The translations under genes were made by a program, and so were the position numbers. The notes below the pieces were generated by a model that was not told the origin of the DNA, made no database searches, and saw nothing but the letters and a program-made list of their open reading frames with translations. A stretch of DNA of 64,000 nucleotides from Spirochaetia bacterium (GTDB taxonomy: Bacteria > Spirochaetota > Spirochaetia > SZUA-6 > Bin103): assembly GCA_965203905.1 (NCBI GenBank), contig CBDBDQ010000005.1:1088001-1152000 (forward strand). The letters run 5' to 3'. Positions 31,559 to 42,085 of the stretch are shown piece by piece. How positions within the stretch are numbered: position 1 is the stretch's first letter; each line of letters begins with the position of its first letter.

Positions 31559-33100
31559 ATGGCCAATCTTCTCAGCTCCTACCTGGCGGCGACGCCCGCT
31601 GCCGAAGTAACCGCGCCGATGGCGGGCTACGTCGCCGCTCTCGATCAACTCTGCGACAGCACGCCGGAAGTGGCCGCAGCCGTGGTGCAGGAGCTGGCCG
31701 ATCAGCGTGCCCACCTGAAGCTGATCGCCAGCGAGAACTACGCCTCGCTCGCGGTGCAGGCGGCCATGGGCAACCTGCTCACCGACAAGTACGCCGAGGG
31801 GGTGCCCGGGCACCGCTTCTACGCCGGCTGTGCCAACGTGGACGAGGTGGAGCGGCGGGCCGCGAAGTTGGCCTGCGACCTGTTCGGCGCGGAGCACGCT
31901 TACGTGCAGCCGCACAGCGGCGCCGATGCCAACCTGGTGGCCTACTGGGCGATCCTGGCGGTACGCGTGGAACAGCCACGGCTGACACAGCTCGCGGTGA
32001 AGTCGCCCCTGGCACTCGAGGCGGCGGACTGGCAGCGGCTGCGCAGCGAGCTGGGCAACCAGCGCCTGCTGGGGATGGACCTCGGTTCCGGCGGCCACCT
32101 CACGCACGGCTACCGGCCCAACGTCTCCGGCCGCATGTTCGAGTGCCACGGCTACGGGGTGGACGCCGCCACGGGTGTGCTGGACTACACGGAGCTGGAG
32201 CGCCGGGCCCGGCAGGTGCGCCCGCTGATCCTCCTGGCCGGCTACAGCGCCTACCCGCGCGCCCTCGACTTTCGCCGCTTGCGGCGGATCGCCGATGCCG
32301 TGGGTGCCGTGCTGATGGTGGACATGGCCCACTTCGCCGGCCTGGTCGCCGGAGGCGTGCTCCGCGGCGACTACGATCCCGTGCCGTTTGCCGACGTGTT
32401 GACCTCCACCACCCACAAGACGCTGCGCGGCCCCCGCGGGGGGCTGATCCTGTGTCGCAAGGAGTTCGCCGAAGCGGTCGACCGCGGCTGTCCGCTGGTG
32501 CTCGGCGGGCCGCTGCCGCACGTGATTGCCGCCAAGGCGGTGGCCTTCACCGAAGCGGCGCAGCCCGCGTTCGCCAGCTACGCCCGCCGCATCGTGGGCA
32601 ACGCCCAGGCCCTGGCCGCGGCGTGCACCGGCAACGGCCTGGAGGTGGTAACCGGCGGCACCGACAACCACCTGCTGCTGCTGGACGTGACGCGCTGCGG
32701 ACTCACCGGGCGCCAGGCCGAGTCCGCGCTCCGCGACGCCGGGATCATGGCCAATCGCAATGCCCTCCCGGACGATCGCCACGGCCCCTGGTACACCTCC
32801 GGGTTGCGCCTGGGCACCCCGGCGCTCACCACGCTGGGCATGGGCGAGGCGGAGATGGCCGAAGTCGGGGCGGCGATCGCACGCGTGCTCGCCGCCGCCG
32901 AAGCGGCCACCATCACCAGGGGACGCCGGGCCGGCGCCGCGAGCCGCACCCACTACCGCATCGACCCGGAGGTCCGGTCGGCCGTGAGTCGGGATGTGGC
33001 ACGGCTGCTGCAGGGGTTTGCGGCCTATCCCGCCCTGGATCTGACGGTGCTGCAGCGCCTCATGGCGGGTGCCGAACGCCCGCGGCCGGCACCCGCCTGA
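31559..33100 (+). CDS. glyA: Serine hydroxymethyltransferase (long form)
   Basis: [30 protein letters not shown] (PLP lysine) and GTDNHL. Confidence 0.97.
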   Translation: MANLLSSYLAATPAAEVTAPMAGYVAALDQLCDSTPEVAAAVVQELADQRAHLKLIASENYASLAVQAAMGNLLTDKYAEGVPGHRFYAGCANVDEVERRAAKLACDLFGAEHAYVQPHSGADANLVAYWAILAVRVEQPRLTQLAVKSPLALEAADWQRLRSELGNQRLLGMDLGSGGHLTHGYRPNVSGRMFECHGYGVDAATGVLDYTELERRARQVRPLILLAGYSAYPRALDFRRLRRIADAVGAVLMVDMAHFAGLVAGGVLRGDYDPVPFADVLTSTTHKTLRGPRGGLILCRKEFAEAVDRGCPLVLGGPLPHVIAAKAVAFTEAAQPAFASYARRIVGNAQALAAACTGNGLEVVTGGTDNHLLLLDVTRCGLTGRQAESALRDAGIMANRNALPDDRHGPWYTSGLRLGTPALTTLGMGEAEMAEVGAAIARVLAAAEAATITRGRRAGAASRTHYRIDPEVRSAVSRDVARLLQGFAAYPALDLTVLQRLMAGAERPRPAPA

Positions 33101-33105
33101 GCCGT

Positions 33106-33179
33106 CGCGTCCAGCGCGACTCGAACGCGCGACCCGCAGCTTAGAAGGCTGCTGCTCTATCCAGCTGAGCTATGGACGC
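33106..33179 (-). tRNA. tRNA-Arg(TCT)
   Basis: GCGTCCATAGCTCAGCTGGATAGAGC; anticodon arm GCAGC-CT-TCT-AA-GCTGC. Confidence 0.95.
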
Positions 33180-33258
33180 AAGGAGCGGCGCAATGCTATC
33201 GGCAGCGGCGCGTTCCGGCAACGCGTGCAGCAACGCAGCCAACGCAGCAGCGCCGCCG

Positions 33259-33801
33259 TTACAAGCTTGGGCGCCGCTCGGGGGGCAGATCGACCGGGGA
33301 AAAGCGGAACCCGGCTCGGTCCAGGTATTCTTCGGCGCGCGCGCGTTCCGCGGGCTGCTCCAGCGCGGCTGCCAGCTCGGCGGTCACGCACAGGTAGACG
33401 TGACTGCGCAGGTCCCCGCCCCGCATCAGGAAGAACGGCTCCGCAACCTCGCGCGCCGGATCGTACCGGCGACACTCGCGCCCCGCTGCAGCGGCCATCT
33501 CGTCGGCGGTCGTCGCTTCGTGGTGCAGCATCATCACGACCAGGTACTCGCCACCGGACGGGAACGGCGCCGACGCGGAGTGCGGCCAGGTCCGAAGGTA
33601 CCCCTCGATCATGTACAGTCCGACGATGCCACCGGGCCACGTGGCCTCGGGGTCCGGTTCGTTGACCCAGGCAATGACCGAAGGTGCGTTGTGTTCCCGC
33701 CCTTCGGCGTCCCAGGTTGTGGAGCGTTCCAGCCAGCGAGTTGAGGGACATGCGGTCAACAGCAGCGCGGCTACTGCCAACAAGGGGGCCGCAGCCTTCA
33801 T
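33259..33801 (-). CDS. Hypothetical lipoprotein
   Basis: MKAAAPLLAVAALLLTAC signal peptide ending in a lipobox. Sits between two tRNA genes. Confidence 0.6.
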   Translation of the reverse strand: MKAAAPLLAVAALLLTACPSTRWLERSTTWDAEGREHNAPSVIAWVNEPDPEATWPGGIVGLYMIEGYLRTWPHSASAPFPSGGEYLVVMMLHHEATTADEMAAAAGRECRRYDPAREVAEPFFLMRGGDLRSHVYLCVTAELAAALEQPAERARAEEYLDRAGFRFSPVDLPPERRPSL

Positions 33802-33977
33802 GACGCTCCGTGCGACGCTTGGCTCGGTGGACATCTCACACCTCCATGATACTGATAACGGTAAGCACAGGTGACGCGCTCGGGTCAAGGACTCACCCGC
33901 GATCCCGCGATTCCGGCAATTCGTACCGTATCCGCATCACGTGCGAGGCGGGAACCCGATGCCTGCGTACCGGCAGA

Positions 33978-34050
33978 TCGGGATGAGAGGACTCGAACCT
34001 CCGATCTCCTGCTCCCAAAGCAGGTGCCCTAGCCGCTGGGCTACATCCCG
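33978..34050 (-). tRNA. tRNA-Pro(TGG)
   Basis: CGGGATGTAGCCCAG...; anticodon arm CCTGC-TT-TGG-GA-GCAGG. Confidence 0.95.
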
Positions 34051-34153
34051 GCACACTGGTCGCTGTCCAGTACTTCAATCCAGACTATAAAAATGACCCC
34101 CACCCGCGGTCAATGGGCGGAACGCCGCCCCGGACGCGCTGACGGCGGCCGAG

Positions 34154-35386
34154 CTACACGAAATCGCGCACCGTCACCGGCCGGACACCGCGTTCACCAC
34201 GGCCCACCAGGTGTGCCGCCAGGGCCGCGGTGGTAACGTCCAGCAGCACGGCCGTGCTCACCAGCAGCGGCGCGATCGGCTGCATGATCAGATAGCCCTC
34301 GCGCAGGCCATGTCCGGACATGGTCCACAGCAGCGCCAAGCCGACCATGGCGCCCTGACCGGGGGCGGTGCCGACCACGAAGGAGACGAGGAAGCTGAAC
34401 AACGCGGCCCACAGCACCTGCTCCGCGGTCACCCCGAAGCTGGTGTAGGAACGCAGCACCATGAGGTAGCTCAGGCCCATGACGAGGCCGGTGCCCGCGC
34501 GGCCGAACAGCGCGAACAGGGGGAACACCGCCGAGGTGACCGTGCGCGGCAGTCCGAACGACCCGCGACCGTGAACCAGCAGCGATCCCAGGCTGACGTA
34601 GGCATCACCGGTCAGGGCTCCGGCAAGCGCCGGACCGAGAGCGGCGTACAGCCAGCGGTAGGGGTTGGTGCGCTCACCGAGCACGTAGAGCAGGCCGGGG
34701 AACACGCCGACGTAGAGGACGATGACGACGAGGACGAGGATGATGATCAGCTCCCGGTAGAGCGCCAGCTCCGCCGCTCCGAGCGAGATCAGCGTTGCCG
34801 CGCCGATCACCACGACGGCGATCCAGAACACCTCCACGATCAGGGAGTTGATCTGGAAGAAGACCCGCGCCAGGGAGTCGGTGAGCTGAATCACCGGGCC
34901 CGTGATGGTGGTGTCGAAGTCGAGACTGAAACCGATCACCAGTGCCAGCACCACCAGCGGCAGGAGCAGCGGTCCGTCGCTGACGAACGCCCGGAACAGG
35001 TTGGCGGGGAGGGTCGCGGTCGCGCTGTCCAGCAGGCTGGGAAGCGCGTAGGTCGCCGGGTCGACGATCACCACGATGGGAATGCGCTCCGGCACCAGCA
35101 GCAGCACGGCCGCAATGCCGATGCCAACGAGCAGGGCCGTGCTGCCGGCCAGGTAGAGCACCAGGCGCCGGTAGACGCGCGGCGCCGCGCCCGCCGCACG
35201 CAACTGGTGGGTGCCGATGACCAGCCCGAAGAATACGCACGGGAATACCGCGTAACCGCCGAACTGGGTCGCGATGCGCGCCAGTGAAGACGCCAACTCG
35301 GCGACCTGGCCGTCGCGCCGGGCCAGCAGGGCTCCGATCAGGAGCCCTGCGGCGGCGGCCAGGACGGTCTTGAGCCAGATCTTCAT
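34154..35386 (-). CDS. Dicarboxylate/amino acid:cation symporter family protein
   Basis: MKIWLK start, PANLF and FGRAGT motifs, multiple transmembrane helices. Confidence 0.7.
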   Translation of the reverse strand: MKIWLKTVLAAAAGLLIGALLARRDGQVAELASSLARIATQFGGYAVFPCVFFGLVIGTHQLRAAGAAPRVYRRLVLYLAGSTALLVGIGIAAVLLLVPERIPIVVIVDPATYALPSLLDSATATLPANLFRAFVSDGPLLLPLVVLALVIGFSLDFDTTITGPVIQLTDSLARVFFQINSLIVEVFWIAVVVIGAATLISLGAAELALYRELIIILVLVVIVLYVGVFPGLLYVLGERTNPYRWLYAALGPALAGALTGDAYVSLGSLLVHGRGSFGLPRTVTSAVFPLFALFGRAGTGLVMGLSYLMVLRSYTSFGVTAEQVLWAALFSFLVSFVVGTAPGQGAMVGLALLWTMSGHGLREGYLIMQPIAPLLVSTAVLLDVTTAALAAHLVGRGERGVRPVTVRDFV

Positions 35387-35462
35387 CGTGCCCAGGGTTG
35401 CCGAGGCAATGCGTGGCAGTCAACGGCTACCGCGGGGGAGGCGGGGGAGGCCGCGGCGGCGT

Positions 35463-36350
35463 TCAGCCGCCTCCTGCCGCCGGAGGCGCGGGTGGGCCGT
35501 CCGGGGCGTCGCGCCAGCGGCACGCCAGGGCTTCGTAGTTGCGGGCCTCGGCGAGCCGGCCGCGCTTGCGACAGCCGGCGGCGTAGATCCGCGCCTTGCG
35601 CACCAGCTCCTCGCAGGCGGCGCGGTGCCGGGATGCGACGCCGAAATGACCGGCCGCGACCAGGTCGTGCAGCGCCCGCAGGCGGAAGATCTCGATCTGT
35701 CCATACCGTTCCGAAAGCTGATCCGGGTGGCCGGCGCGCTTGATCACCAGTTCCTGATCCACGTAGCCCACCGGGTAGCGCGCCGTCAGGCGCAGCCACA
35801 GTTCGTAATCCTCGGCGATCTCGAGGTCCTCGCGGAAGCCGCCGGTCCGCGCGAACACGGCGCGGGGCAACAGCACGGTCGATGGCCCGATCACGCACTT
35901 GCGCAGCGAATCCGCGAACAGGTCGCCGCTGCGACGGTGCCGTTGCGAGCGCTGCGATATCACCCTGCCGGAACGTACCCAGCGCTCCCGCGTGTGCCAG
36001 ATCGAGGTGCCGGACTCCAGCGCGGCCGCCACCTGCGATTCCAGCTTGGGCGGCTGCCACAGGTCGTCGGAATCCAGGAATGCCAGGTACTCGCCGCGCG
36101 CCAGCCGGGCACCGGCGTTGCGTACCTGGCCCGGCATTCCAGTGTGCGGCTGGCTCAGCAGGCGCAGCTCCGGCCGGCCCGCCAGACCCGCCAGAGTGGT
36201 GCCGGTGGCGTCGGTGGAACCATCGTCCACCACGATCAGTTCCAGCGGCCGATAGCTCTGTGCCAGCACCGAGGCCACCGCCTCCTGTACCAGCCGGGCG
36301 CGGTTGTAGGTGGGGATCACCACCGTGACCAGCGGCCTGCTGCTGCCCAT
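35463..36350 (-). CDS. Glycosyltransferase family 2
   Basis: VVIPTYNR, VVDDGSTD, FLDSDD and EDYELW. Confidence 0.92.
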   Translation of the reverse strand: MGSSRPLVTVVIPTYNRARLVQEAVASVLAQSYRPLELIVVDDGSTDATGTTLAGLAGRPELRLLSQPHTGMPGQVRNAGARLARGEYLAFLDSDDLWQPPKLESQVAAALESGTSIWHTRERWVRSGRVISQRSQRHRRSGDLFADSLRKCVIGPSTVLLPRAVFARTGGFREDLEIAEDYELWLRLTARYPVGYVDQELVIKRAGHPDQLSERYGQIEIFRLRALHDLVAAGHFGVASRHRAACEELVRKARIYAAGCRKRGRLAEARNYEALACRWRDAPDGPPAPPAAGGG

Positions 36351-36476
36351 GGGGCGATGCTATCGTCAGCCTGCGGCAGCCGCTACCGGGCCCGGCGGCC
36401 GGGTCGGGACGGCGCTAGGACGGCGCCGGGCTCGGCTTGCGGAAACTGCGTCCACACGGCAGGCTCGGTGGGCGCC

Positions 36477-36977
36477 ATGGCAACGCCCGATCGAATCGCG
36501 CTGGTGGGTTTCATGGGCTCCGGCAAGAGCACCGTGGGGGGGCTGCTTGCCGCTGCGGTCGGCTACCGGCTGGTGGACGTGGACCTCCTGATCGAGGAAC
36601 GGGCGGGGATGTCGATTCCCGAAATCTTCCGCCGCGACGGCGAGACGTGCTTCAGGGAGCTGGAGTCGCGACTGCTGTTGGGGCTGGGACAGCGGCGCGG
36701 GCTGGTGATCGCCACCGGCGGCGGCGCGCCGATGCAGCCTGCCAACCACGAGTTCCTGCGCACCCGCTGCCGCACCTTCTACCTGGAGATCAGCGCTGCC
36801 GAGGTGCGCCGCCGCATTGGCGCCGATCGGGGACGGCCGAAGCTCGCTGCCACGCAGGAGGGGGTCGAGGAACTGCTCGCGGCGCGCCGCCCCCGGTACG
36901 AGGCGGTGGGCGACACCGTGACGGTGGAGGGACGAACGCCGGCGCAGGTGGTGGCGACGATTCGCGCGCTGCTGTAG
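36477..36977 (+). CDS. aroK: Shikimate kinase
   Basis: GFMGSGKSTVG, IPEIF...GETCFRELE and ATGGG. Start at ATG 36477. Confidence 0.93.
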   Translation: MATPDRIALVGFMGSGKSTVGGLLAAAVGYRLVDVDLLIEERAGMSIPEIFRRDGETCFRELESRLLLGLGQRRGLVIATGGGAPMQPANHEFLRTRCRTFYLEISAAEVRRRIGADRGRPKLAATQEGVEELLAARRPRYEAVGDTVTVEGRTPAQVVATIRALL

Positions 36978-36996
36978 CACCGCGGCCGCCGCGCGC

Positions 36997-37560
36997 TCAG
37001 CGGACGCGTGCGGCAAGCACCTCCAGCACCTGGTCCAGCGCTACCTCCTCGGCGACCAGCAGCACCAGCAGGTGGTAGAGCAGGTCGGCCGCCTCGCCGG
37101 CAACCTCGGCCGCGGAAGCGGCGGTGATCACCTCGATCGCCTCCTCGCCGAGCTTCTTGCGAATCCTGGAAACGCCCTCGCGAAACAGGTAGCTGGTATA
37201 GGAATCCTCCGGCAGGGTCCGGCGCCGCTCGCGGATGAGCTGCTCCAGGTCGTGCAGCGGGCCGCCGGCGGATTGCTGCAGCGGGGCCGGCGCCGACTGC
37301 GGCTCGGCGCGGCCGGAGCCGCAGTGCGCCGGCTCCGTCTCCAGCCGCGCCTCGTACCAGCCGTCACCTTCGCACACCCGTACCGGCCGGCCCCGAGTCG
37401 CCGCGTGCGGCAGCACCCGGCCCTCCCGCCAGACCCACAGCTCGCCGCTTTCGAGGCTCTTGCGGAACGCCTTGGCGTCCATCCTGGCCACGGCGCACAC
37501 CCGTCCGTCCGCATCGAGCACGACCGCGGGCCTTGCCGCGGCCGGAGACTCGCTCACCAT
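36997..37560 (-). CDS. hisE: Phosphoribosyl-ATP pyrophosphatase with degenerate N-terminal HisI-like segment
   Basis: SYTSYLF...KKLGEEAIEV...EAADLLYHLLV. The N-terminus resembles HisI but lacks its Cys/Asp motifs. Confidence 0.85.
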   Translation of the reverse strand: MVSESPAAARPAVVLDADGRVCAVARMDAKAFRKSLESGELWVWREGRVLPHAATRGRPVRVCEGDGWYEARLETEPAHCGSGRAEPQSAPAPLQQSAGGPLHDLEQLIRERRRTLPEDSYTSYLFREGVSRIRKKLGEEAIEVITAASAAEVAGEAADLLYHLLVLLVAEEVALDQVLEVLAARVR

Positions 37561-38297
37561 CGCGCCTGCTCCTGCGCCTGCGGATACCGCTCCAGGAGGT
37601 CCGCGAGATCGACCCGTCCCTCGATCCACGCCTTGCCGATGATCACGCCGATCACCCCGGCCGCGGCGCGCGCCGCCACCGCCGCGACGTGTGCCTCGGA
37701 GCCGATGCCGCCGGACAGGATCACCGGCCGCGCGGCGGCGCGGGCCACGGCGCCGGTGCGCTCGAGGTCAGGCCCGGCCAGGGTGCCGTCGCGCGCGATG
37801 TTGGTATACACGATGCCGCGCACCGGCTGCGTGCTCATCCGAGCCGCAAGCTCGGTGTCCGCGAGGCCGCCGCGCTGCTGCCAGCCGTGGGTCTTGACCA
37901 CCCCGTCGTAGGCGTCGATACCGGCCACCAGCCGGTCCCCCACCTGCCCCGCCCAGCGGGAGGGCAGCTCGGGGTCGCGCGCCAGGGCGGAGCCGACCAC
38001 GACGCGGTCCACTCCCATCTCCACCAGCAGGCGGGCGTCGGCCAGTGTGCGTACCCCGCCGCCCACCTGCAGCCGCAGCCCCACGGCGGCGCGGATGGCG
38101 CCGATCAGCGCGCGGTTGTCGCCGCCGCCGCGGGCGGCATCGAGGTCGACGACGTGCAGCCACGCGGCGCCCATCGCTTCCAGCTCGGCGGCGCTAGCGA
38201 CCGCGTCGCGGGCATAGTCGGTGGCGGCGCCGAAATCGCCGCGCGTGAGACGCACGGGACGACCGTCGAGCAGGTCGATGGCGGGCAGGATCAACAC
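37554..38297 (-). CDS. hisA: ProFAR isomerase
   Basis: ILPAIDL, HVVDLDAA, QVGGGVR, TNIARDGTLAGP and SGGI. Confidence 0.95.
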   Translation of the reverse strand: MLILPAIDLLDGRPVRLTRGDFGAATDYARDAVASAAELEAMGAAWLHVVDLDAARGGGDNRALIGAIRAAVGLRLQVGGGVRTLADARLLVEMGVDRVVVGSALARDPELPSRWAGQVGDRLVAGIDAYDGVVKTHGWQQRGGLADTELAARMSTQPVRGIVYTNIARDGTLAGPDLERTGAVARAAARPVILSGGIGSEAHVAAVAARAAAGVIGVIIGKAWIEGRVDLADLLERYPQAQEQARW

Positions 38298-38331
38298 GTA
38301 GCGGGCAGCAGCACGAACCGGGGTAGCGGCG

Positions 38332-38832
38332 TCACCGATCGCCGGGCGGCGTGCCGCGGGTGGCGGAGTTGCGCGCCACTTCTTCCTGGAACGCGAAACA
38401 GATCTGTTCCTGCAACTCCTGTTCCGTCATGTCGCGGGCCAGCAGGTCCTTGAAGAAGTCGCGCTTGCTGAGGCGGCAGATGCCGGACAGGGCGGTGAGG
38501 TAGTCGCGATGCCGGTCCGGAGGCGTGGCCAGGACGAACAACAGCTTGACCGGCTGACCGTCGACGGCGTGGTAGTCGATGCCGATGCGCGAGATGCCAA
38601 GCGCTATGGTGACTTCGCTGACGCCGTCGGTCTGGCCGTGGGCCGCGGCCACGCCGTGGCCGATACCGGTGCTCTGGATGTGCTCGCGGCGCATCACCGC
38701 CTGCTCCACGGCGGCGCGCTGCTGGCCGTTGGCGAACACGCCGGCGCGTCCCACCACCTCGTGAATCGCCGCGAACTTGTTCGTGTTCCGCAGGTTGTCG
38801 ACCACGGTACCTGTCTCGAAGCAGCGCAGCAT
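38332..38832 (-). CDS. PTS EIIA (fructose/mannitol/Ntr-type) domain protein
   Basis: REHIQSTGIGHGVAAAHG with phospho-His; GIDYHAVDGQPVKLLF. Start approximate. Confidence 0.85.
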   Translation of the reverse strand: MLRCFETGTVVDNLRNTNKFAAIHEVVGRAGVFANGQQRAAVEQAVMRREHIQSTGIGHGVAAAHGQTDGVSEVTIALGISRIGIDYHAVDGQPVKLLFVLATPPDRHRDYLTALSGICRLSKRDFFKDLLARDMTEQELQEQICFAFQEEVARNSATRGTPPGDR

Positions 38833-38953
38833 TGAGCGATCCAATTCCAAGCTATCAATCGGCTTGTAAGCCGTCAAGCTGAATCCTTCGCAGGCAAAAT
38901 CGACGCTCGATGGCTGCTTCGCCGCCGGTCTGGTAGGCTTCGCCCGAAATTGC

Positions 38954-41900
38954 ATGCGCGTTGAGGTCTGGTATCGCGACGAGATCGGGGACGGGCGGGC
39001 GGCGCGCTTGCTGGCATCCCTGCGCGCCGGTGCGCTGCCGGCGTTGGCCGCGGTACGGATTCGCGACGTGTACCTGGTAACCGGGGTGGCCGGCCTGGAG
39101 GCGCGCCGGCTCCAGGAACTGGTGTGCGACCGGGTGGCGCAGGAGACTGCCGTGGTGCCGGCGCGGGACCCGGAAGCGGGAGCCGAGCCGGACTGGGACC
39201 TGCTGCTGGAGGTGGCGGTAAAGCCCGGAGTGGCCGATCCGGTGGCCGGCACCCTGCGCGCCGCGCTGCGCACGGTGCTGGAGTTGGCGGTGCCGGAAGC
39301 GGCGCTGGTGCAGACGGCGCGCCAGTACCGGTTCTCGATGCGCTCGGGGACGCTCGACCGCACGGCTCTCGGTGCCTTGTTCAATCCCCTGATCCAGAGC
39401 GGACTTGTGCTCAGCGCGGATGATTGGCGGCGGGGGAAACGCCCGCCGCAGCAATATCCCGGTATCGGCGGCAACGGCGCCGGCCGCACCACCCCGGCGG
39501 AACGGGTCGCCCGCTTCGCCATCGCCGGCATGTCGGACCGGCAACTCACCGATCTCTCCGCGCAGCGTCTGCTGGCCCTGTCCCTGAGCGAGCTGCACGC
39601 GGTGCGCGACTACTACCGCTCGCCCACCGTGCGCGCGCAGCGGCGCGCCGCCGGACTCGATGCGGCGGCCACCGACGTCGAGCTGGAGATGATCGCCCAG
39701 ACCTGGTCCGAGCACTGCAAGCACAAGATCTTCAACGCCACCATCGAATACCACGAGGGCGGCCACGGCGAGACCATCCGCTCCCTGTTCGACCGCTACA
39801 TCCGCGCGACCACGCACGAGGTCGATCCCGGCGACGGCTTCCTGCGATCGGTCTTTCATGACAACTCGGGGGTGATCGAGTTCGACGCCGAGACCCTGCT
39901 CTGTTTCAAGGCCGAAACCCACAACTCGCCGTCGGCGCTCGACCCGTACGGCGGCGCCATCACCGGGATCGTAGGCGTGAACCGCGACATCCTCGGCACC
40001 GGCCGCGGCGCACGTCCGATCTTCAACACCAACGTGCTGTGCTTCGCGCCGCCACGGATGGCGGAGGTGCCGAACGGCCTGCTGTCGCCGCGCACGGTGC
40101 TGGAGGGAGTGCATCGCGGCATCGTCGACGGCGGCAACCAGTCGGGCATTCCCACGGTGGCGGGCGCGGTGCTGTTCGATCCCAGCTTCGTCGGCAAGCC
40201 GCTGGTGTTCTGCGGCACCGGCGGCATCATGCCGGCGAGTCTGCTGGGAGCGCCGGCCTGGGAAGCGGAGCCGTGCGCCGGCGATCTGGCGGTGATGGTG
40301 GGCGGACGCATCGGCCGCGACGGTATCCACGGGGCCACCTTTTCCTCGCTGGCCCTGGACGAGTCCTCGCCCCTGTCCGCGGTGCAGATCGGCGATCCCA
40401 TCACCCAGAAGAAGATGTCCGACTTCCTGCTGGAGGCGCGTGACCGGGGTCTGTATCGTGCCATCACCGACAACGGCGCCGGCGGCCTGTCCTCGTCCTT
40501 CGGCGAGATGGCGCGCGCCTGCGGCGGGGTGCGGCTGGAGCTGGAGCGCGCGCCGCTCAAGTACCACGGCCTGGAGCCGTGGGAGATTCTGGTGTCGGAG
40601 TCGCAGGAGCGGATGAGCCTGGCGGTGGCGCCGGAGCACTACGCCGCCTTCGCCGACCTGGCACGGCGGCGCGAGGTGGAGGTCACGGCGGTGGGTGAGT
40701 TCACCGCGGACGGCACGGTGGAGGTACGCTACGCGGATCGGCTGGTCGCTCTGATCGAACTGGAATTCCTCCACGACGGGCTCCCCGAAATGGTGCTGCA
40801 GGCACGCTGGGAGGCGCCCCGCGCCGCACGCTCGGCCCCGCCTCCGGCGCCGCCGCCGGCCGCCGTGCTGCCGCGGCTGCTGGCCGACCCCAACATCGCC
40901 TCCAAGGAAGCGTTGGTGCGGCAGTACGACCACGAGGTGCAGGCACTGACCGTCGGCAAGCCGTTCGTGGGCCGCTGCATGGATGGTCCGAGCGACGGCG
41001 CGGTGCTGCAGCCGCGCCCCGACTCGCTGCGCGGCATCACGGTGACGCACGGGATCTGTCCCTGGTACTCGGCCTGGGACACCTGGCACATGGCGATGTG
41101 CGCGGTGGACGAGGCGGTGCGCGCCCACGTCGCCTGCGGCGGCGACCCCGACCGCATGGCGGCGCTGGACAACTTCTGCTGGCCCGATCCGATCGCCGGC
41201 CCCGACAACCCCGACGGCGCGCACAAGCTGGCGCAACTGGTGCGCGCCGCGCGCGGGCTGCGCGCCGCCTGCCTGGCCTACCGGCTGCCGCTGATCTCCG
41301 GCAAGGACTCGATGAAGAACGACGCGGTGGTGGAGGGTCGCCGCATTTCCGTGCTGCCGACGCTGCTGGTGTCGGTGCTGGGGATCATCGAAGACCTGCG
41401 CCGCTCGGTCAGCTCCGACTTCAAGCGCGCCGGAGACCGCATCTTCATCGTCGGTGCGGACCGTGGCGAGCTCGGTGGTTCCGCCTATGCGCGGCTGCTC
41501 GCCGGCTCCAGCGGCGGTGTGGCGACGGCTGCCTGGCCCTGCCCCACGGTCGACGCGCCGGCGGCGATGCGCCGGTACCGGCGGCTGCACGCCGCAATTC
41601 GTGCCGGCATGGTGGCTTCCGCCCACGACCTCTCCGACGGGGGCCTGGCAGTGGCGCTGGCCGAAAGCGCCATCGGCGGCCGCCTCGGCGCCCGCCTGGA
41701 CCTGGCGCGGGTTCCGGTGACCAGCGCTGCGCGCCCGGAAGCCGGCGACCAGCGCGCAACAGCCGATCCGGCCGCCCTGGACCGCATCGCAGGCCAGGCC
41801 GCCGCCGGCGCGGTACGCGTCGCCACGGCCGCGGCACCGGCGCCGGCTGCGGAGGACACTGCCTCACGGCACGGCGCGTTGCTGTTCAGCGAGACCGCCG

Positions 41901-42085
41901 GCCGGCTGCTGGTCAGCGTGCCGCCGGCCGCCGCCGAGCGGATGTGCGAGCATTTTGCGGGCCACGATTGCGCTGCGGTAGGTGAGGTGACCGGCGACGG
42001 CCGCGTGACCGTGGTGGACGGGGCCGCCACGGTCGCCGGGTGGCAGGTCGAGGAACTGTTACGAGCGTGGCAGACCGCGTTATGA
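38954..42085 (+). CDS. purL: Phosphoribosylformylglycinamidine synthase, PurS-like N-terminus fused to PurL
   Basis: KPGVADP (PurS-like), QTWSEHCKHKIF, ETHNSPS, DNGAGG, SESQERM and HDLSDGGL. Confidence 0.93.
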   Translation: MRVEVWYRDEIGDGRAARLLASLRAGALPALAAVRIRDVYLVTGVAGLEARRLQELVCDRVAQETAVVPARDPEAGAEPDWDLLLEVAVKPGVADPVAGTLRAALRTVLELAVPEAALVQTARQYRFSMRSGTLDRTALGALFNPLIQSGLVLSADDWRRGKRPPQQYPGIGGNGAGRTTPAERVARFAIAGMSDRQLTDLSAQRLLALSLSELHAVRDYYRSPTVRAQRRAAGLDAAATDVELEMIAQTWSEHCKHKIFNATIEYHEGGHGETIRSLFDRYIRATTHEVDPGDGFLRSVFHDNSGVIEFDAETLLCFKAETHNSPSALDPYGGAITGIVGVNRDILGTGRGARPIFNTNVLCFAPPRMAEVPNGLLSPRTVLEGVHRGIVDGGNQSGIPTVAGAVLFDPSFVGKPLVFCGTGGIMPASLLGAPAWEAEPCAGDLAVMVGGRIGRDGIHGATFSSLALDESSPLSAVQIGDPITQKKMSDFLLEARDRGLYRAITDNGAGGLSSSFGEMARACGGVRLELERAPLKYHGLEPWEILVSESQERMSLAVAPEHYAAFADLARRREVEVTAVGEFTADGTVEVRYADRLVALIELEFLHDGLPEMVLQARWEAPRAARSAPPPAPPPAAVLPRLLADPNIASKEALVRQYDHEVQALTVGKPFVGRCMDGPSDGAVLQPRPDSLRGITVTHGICPWYSAWDTWHMAMCAVDEAVRAHVACGGDPDRMAALDNFCWPDPIAGPDNPDGAHKLAQLVRAARGLRAACLAYRLPLISGKDSMKNDAVVEGRRISVLPTLLVSVLGIIEDLRRSVSSDFKRAGDRIFIVGADRGELGGSAYARLLAGSSGGVATAAWPCPTVDAPAAMRRYRRLHAAIRAGMVASAHDLSDGGLAVALAESAIGGRLGARLDLARVPVTSAARPEAGDQRATADPAALDRIAGQAAAGAVRVATAAAPAPAAEDTASRHGALLFSETAGRLLVSVPPAAAERMCEHFAGHDCAAVGEVTGDGRVTVVDGAATVAGWQVEELLRAWQTAL

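Noticed and set aside
33180-34050. att-site duplication of a tRNA 3' end
   Set aside because: No repeat of the tRNA-Pro or tRNA-Arg 3' sequence was found nearby.
38855-41626. 923-aa antisense ORF, and similar long shadow ORFs such as 24459..26600 and 52017..54302
   Set aside because: These are antisense or alternate frames of well-supported genes, expected in high-GC DNA, and contain no motifs.
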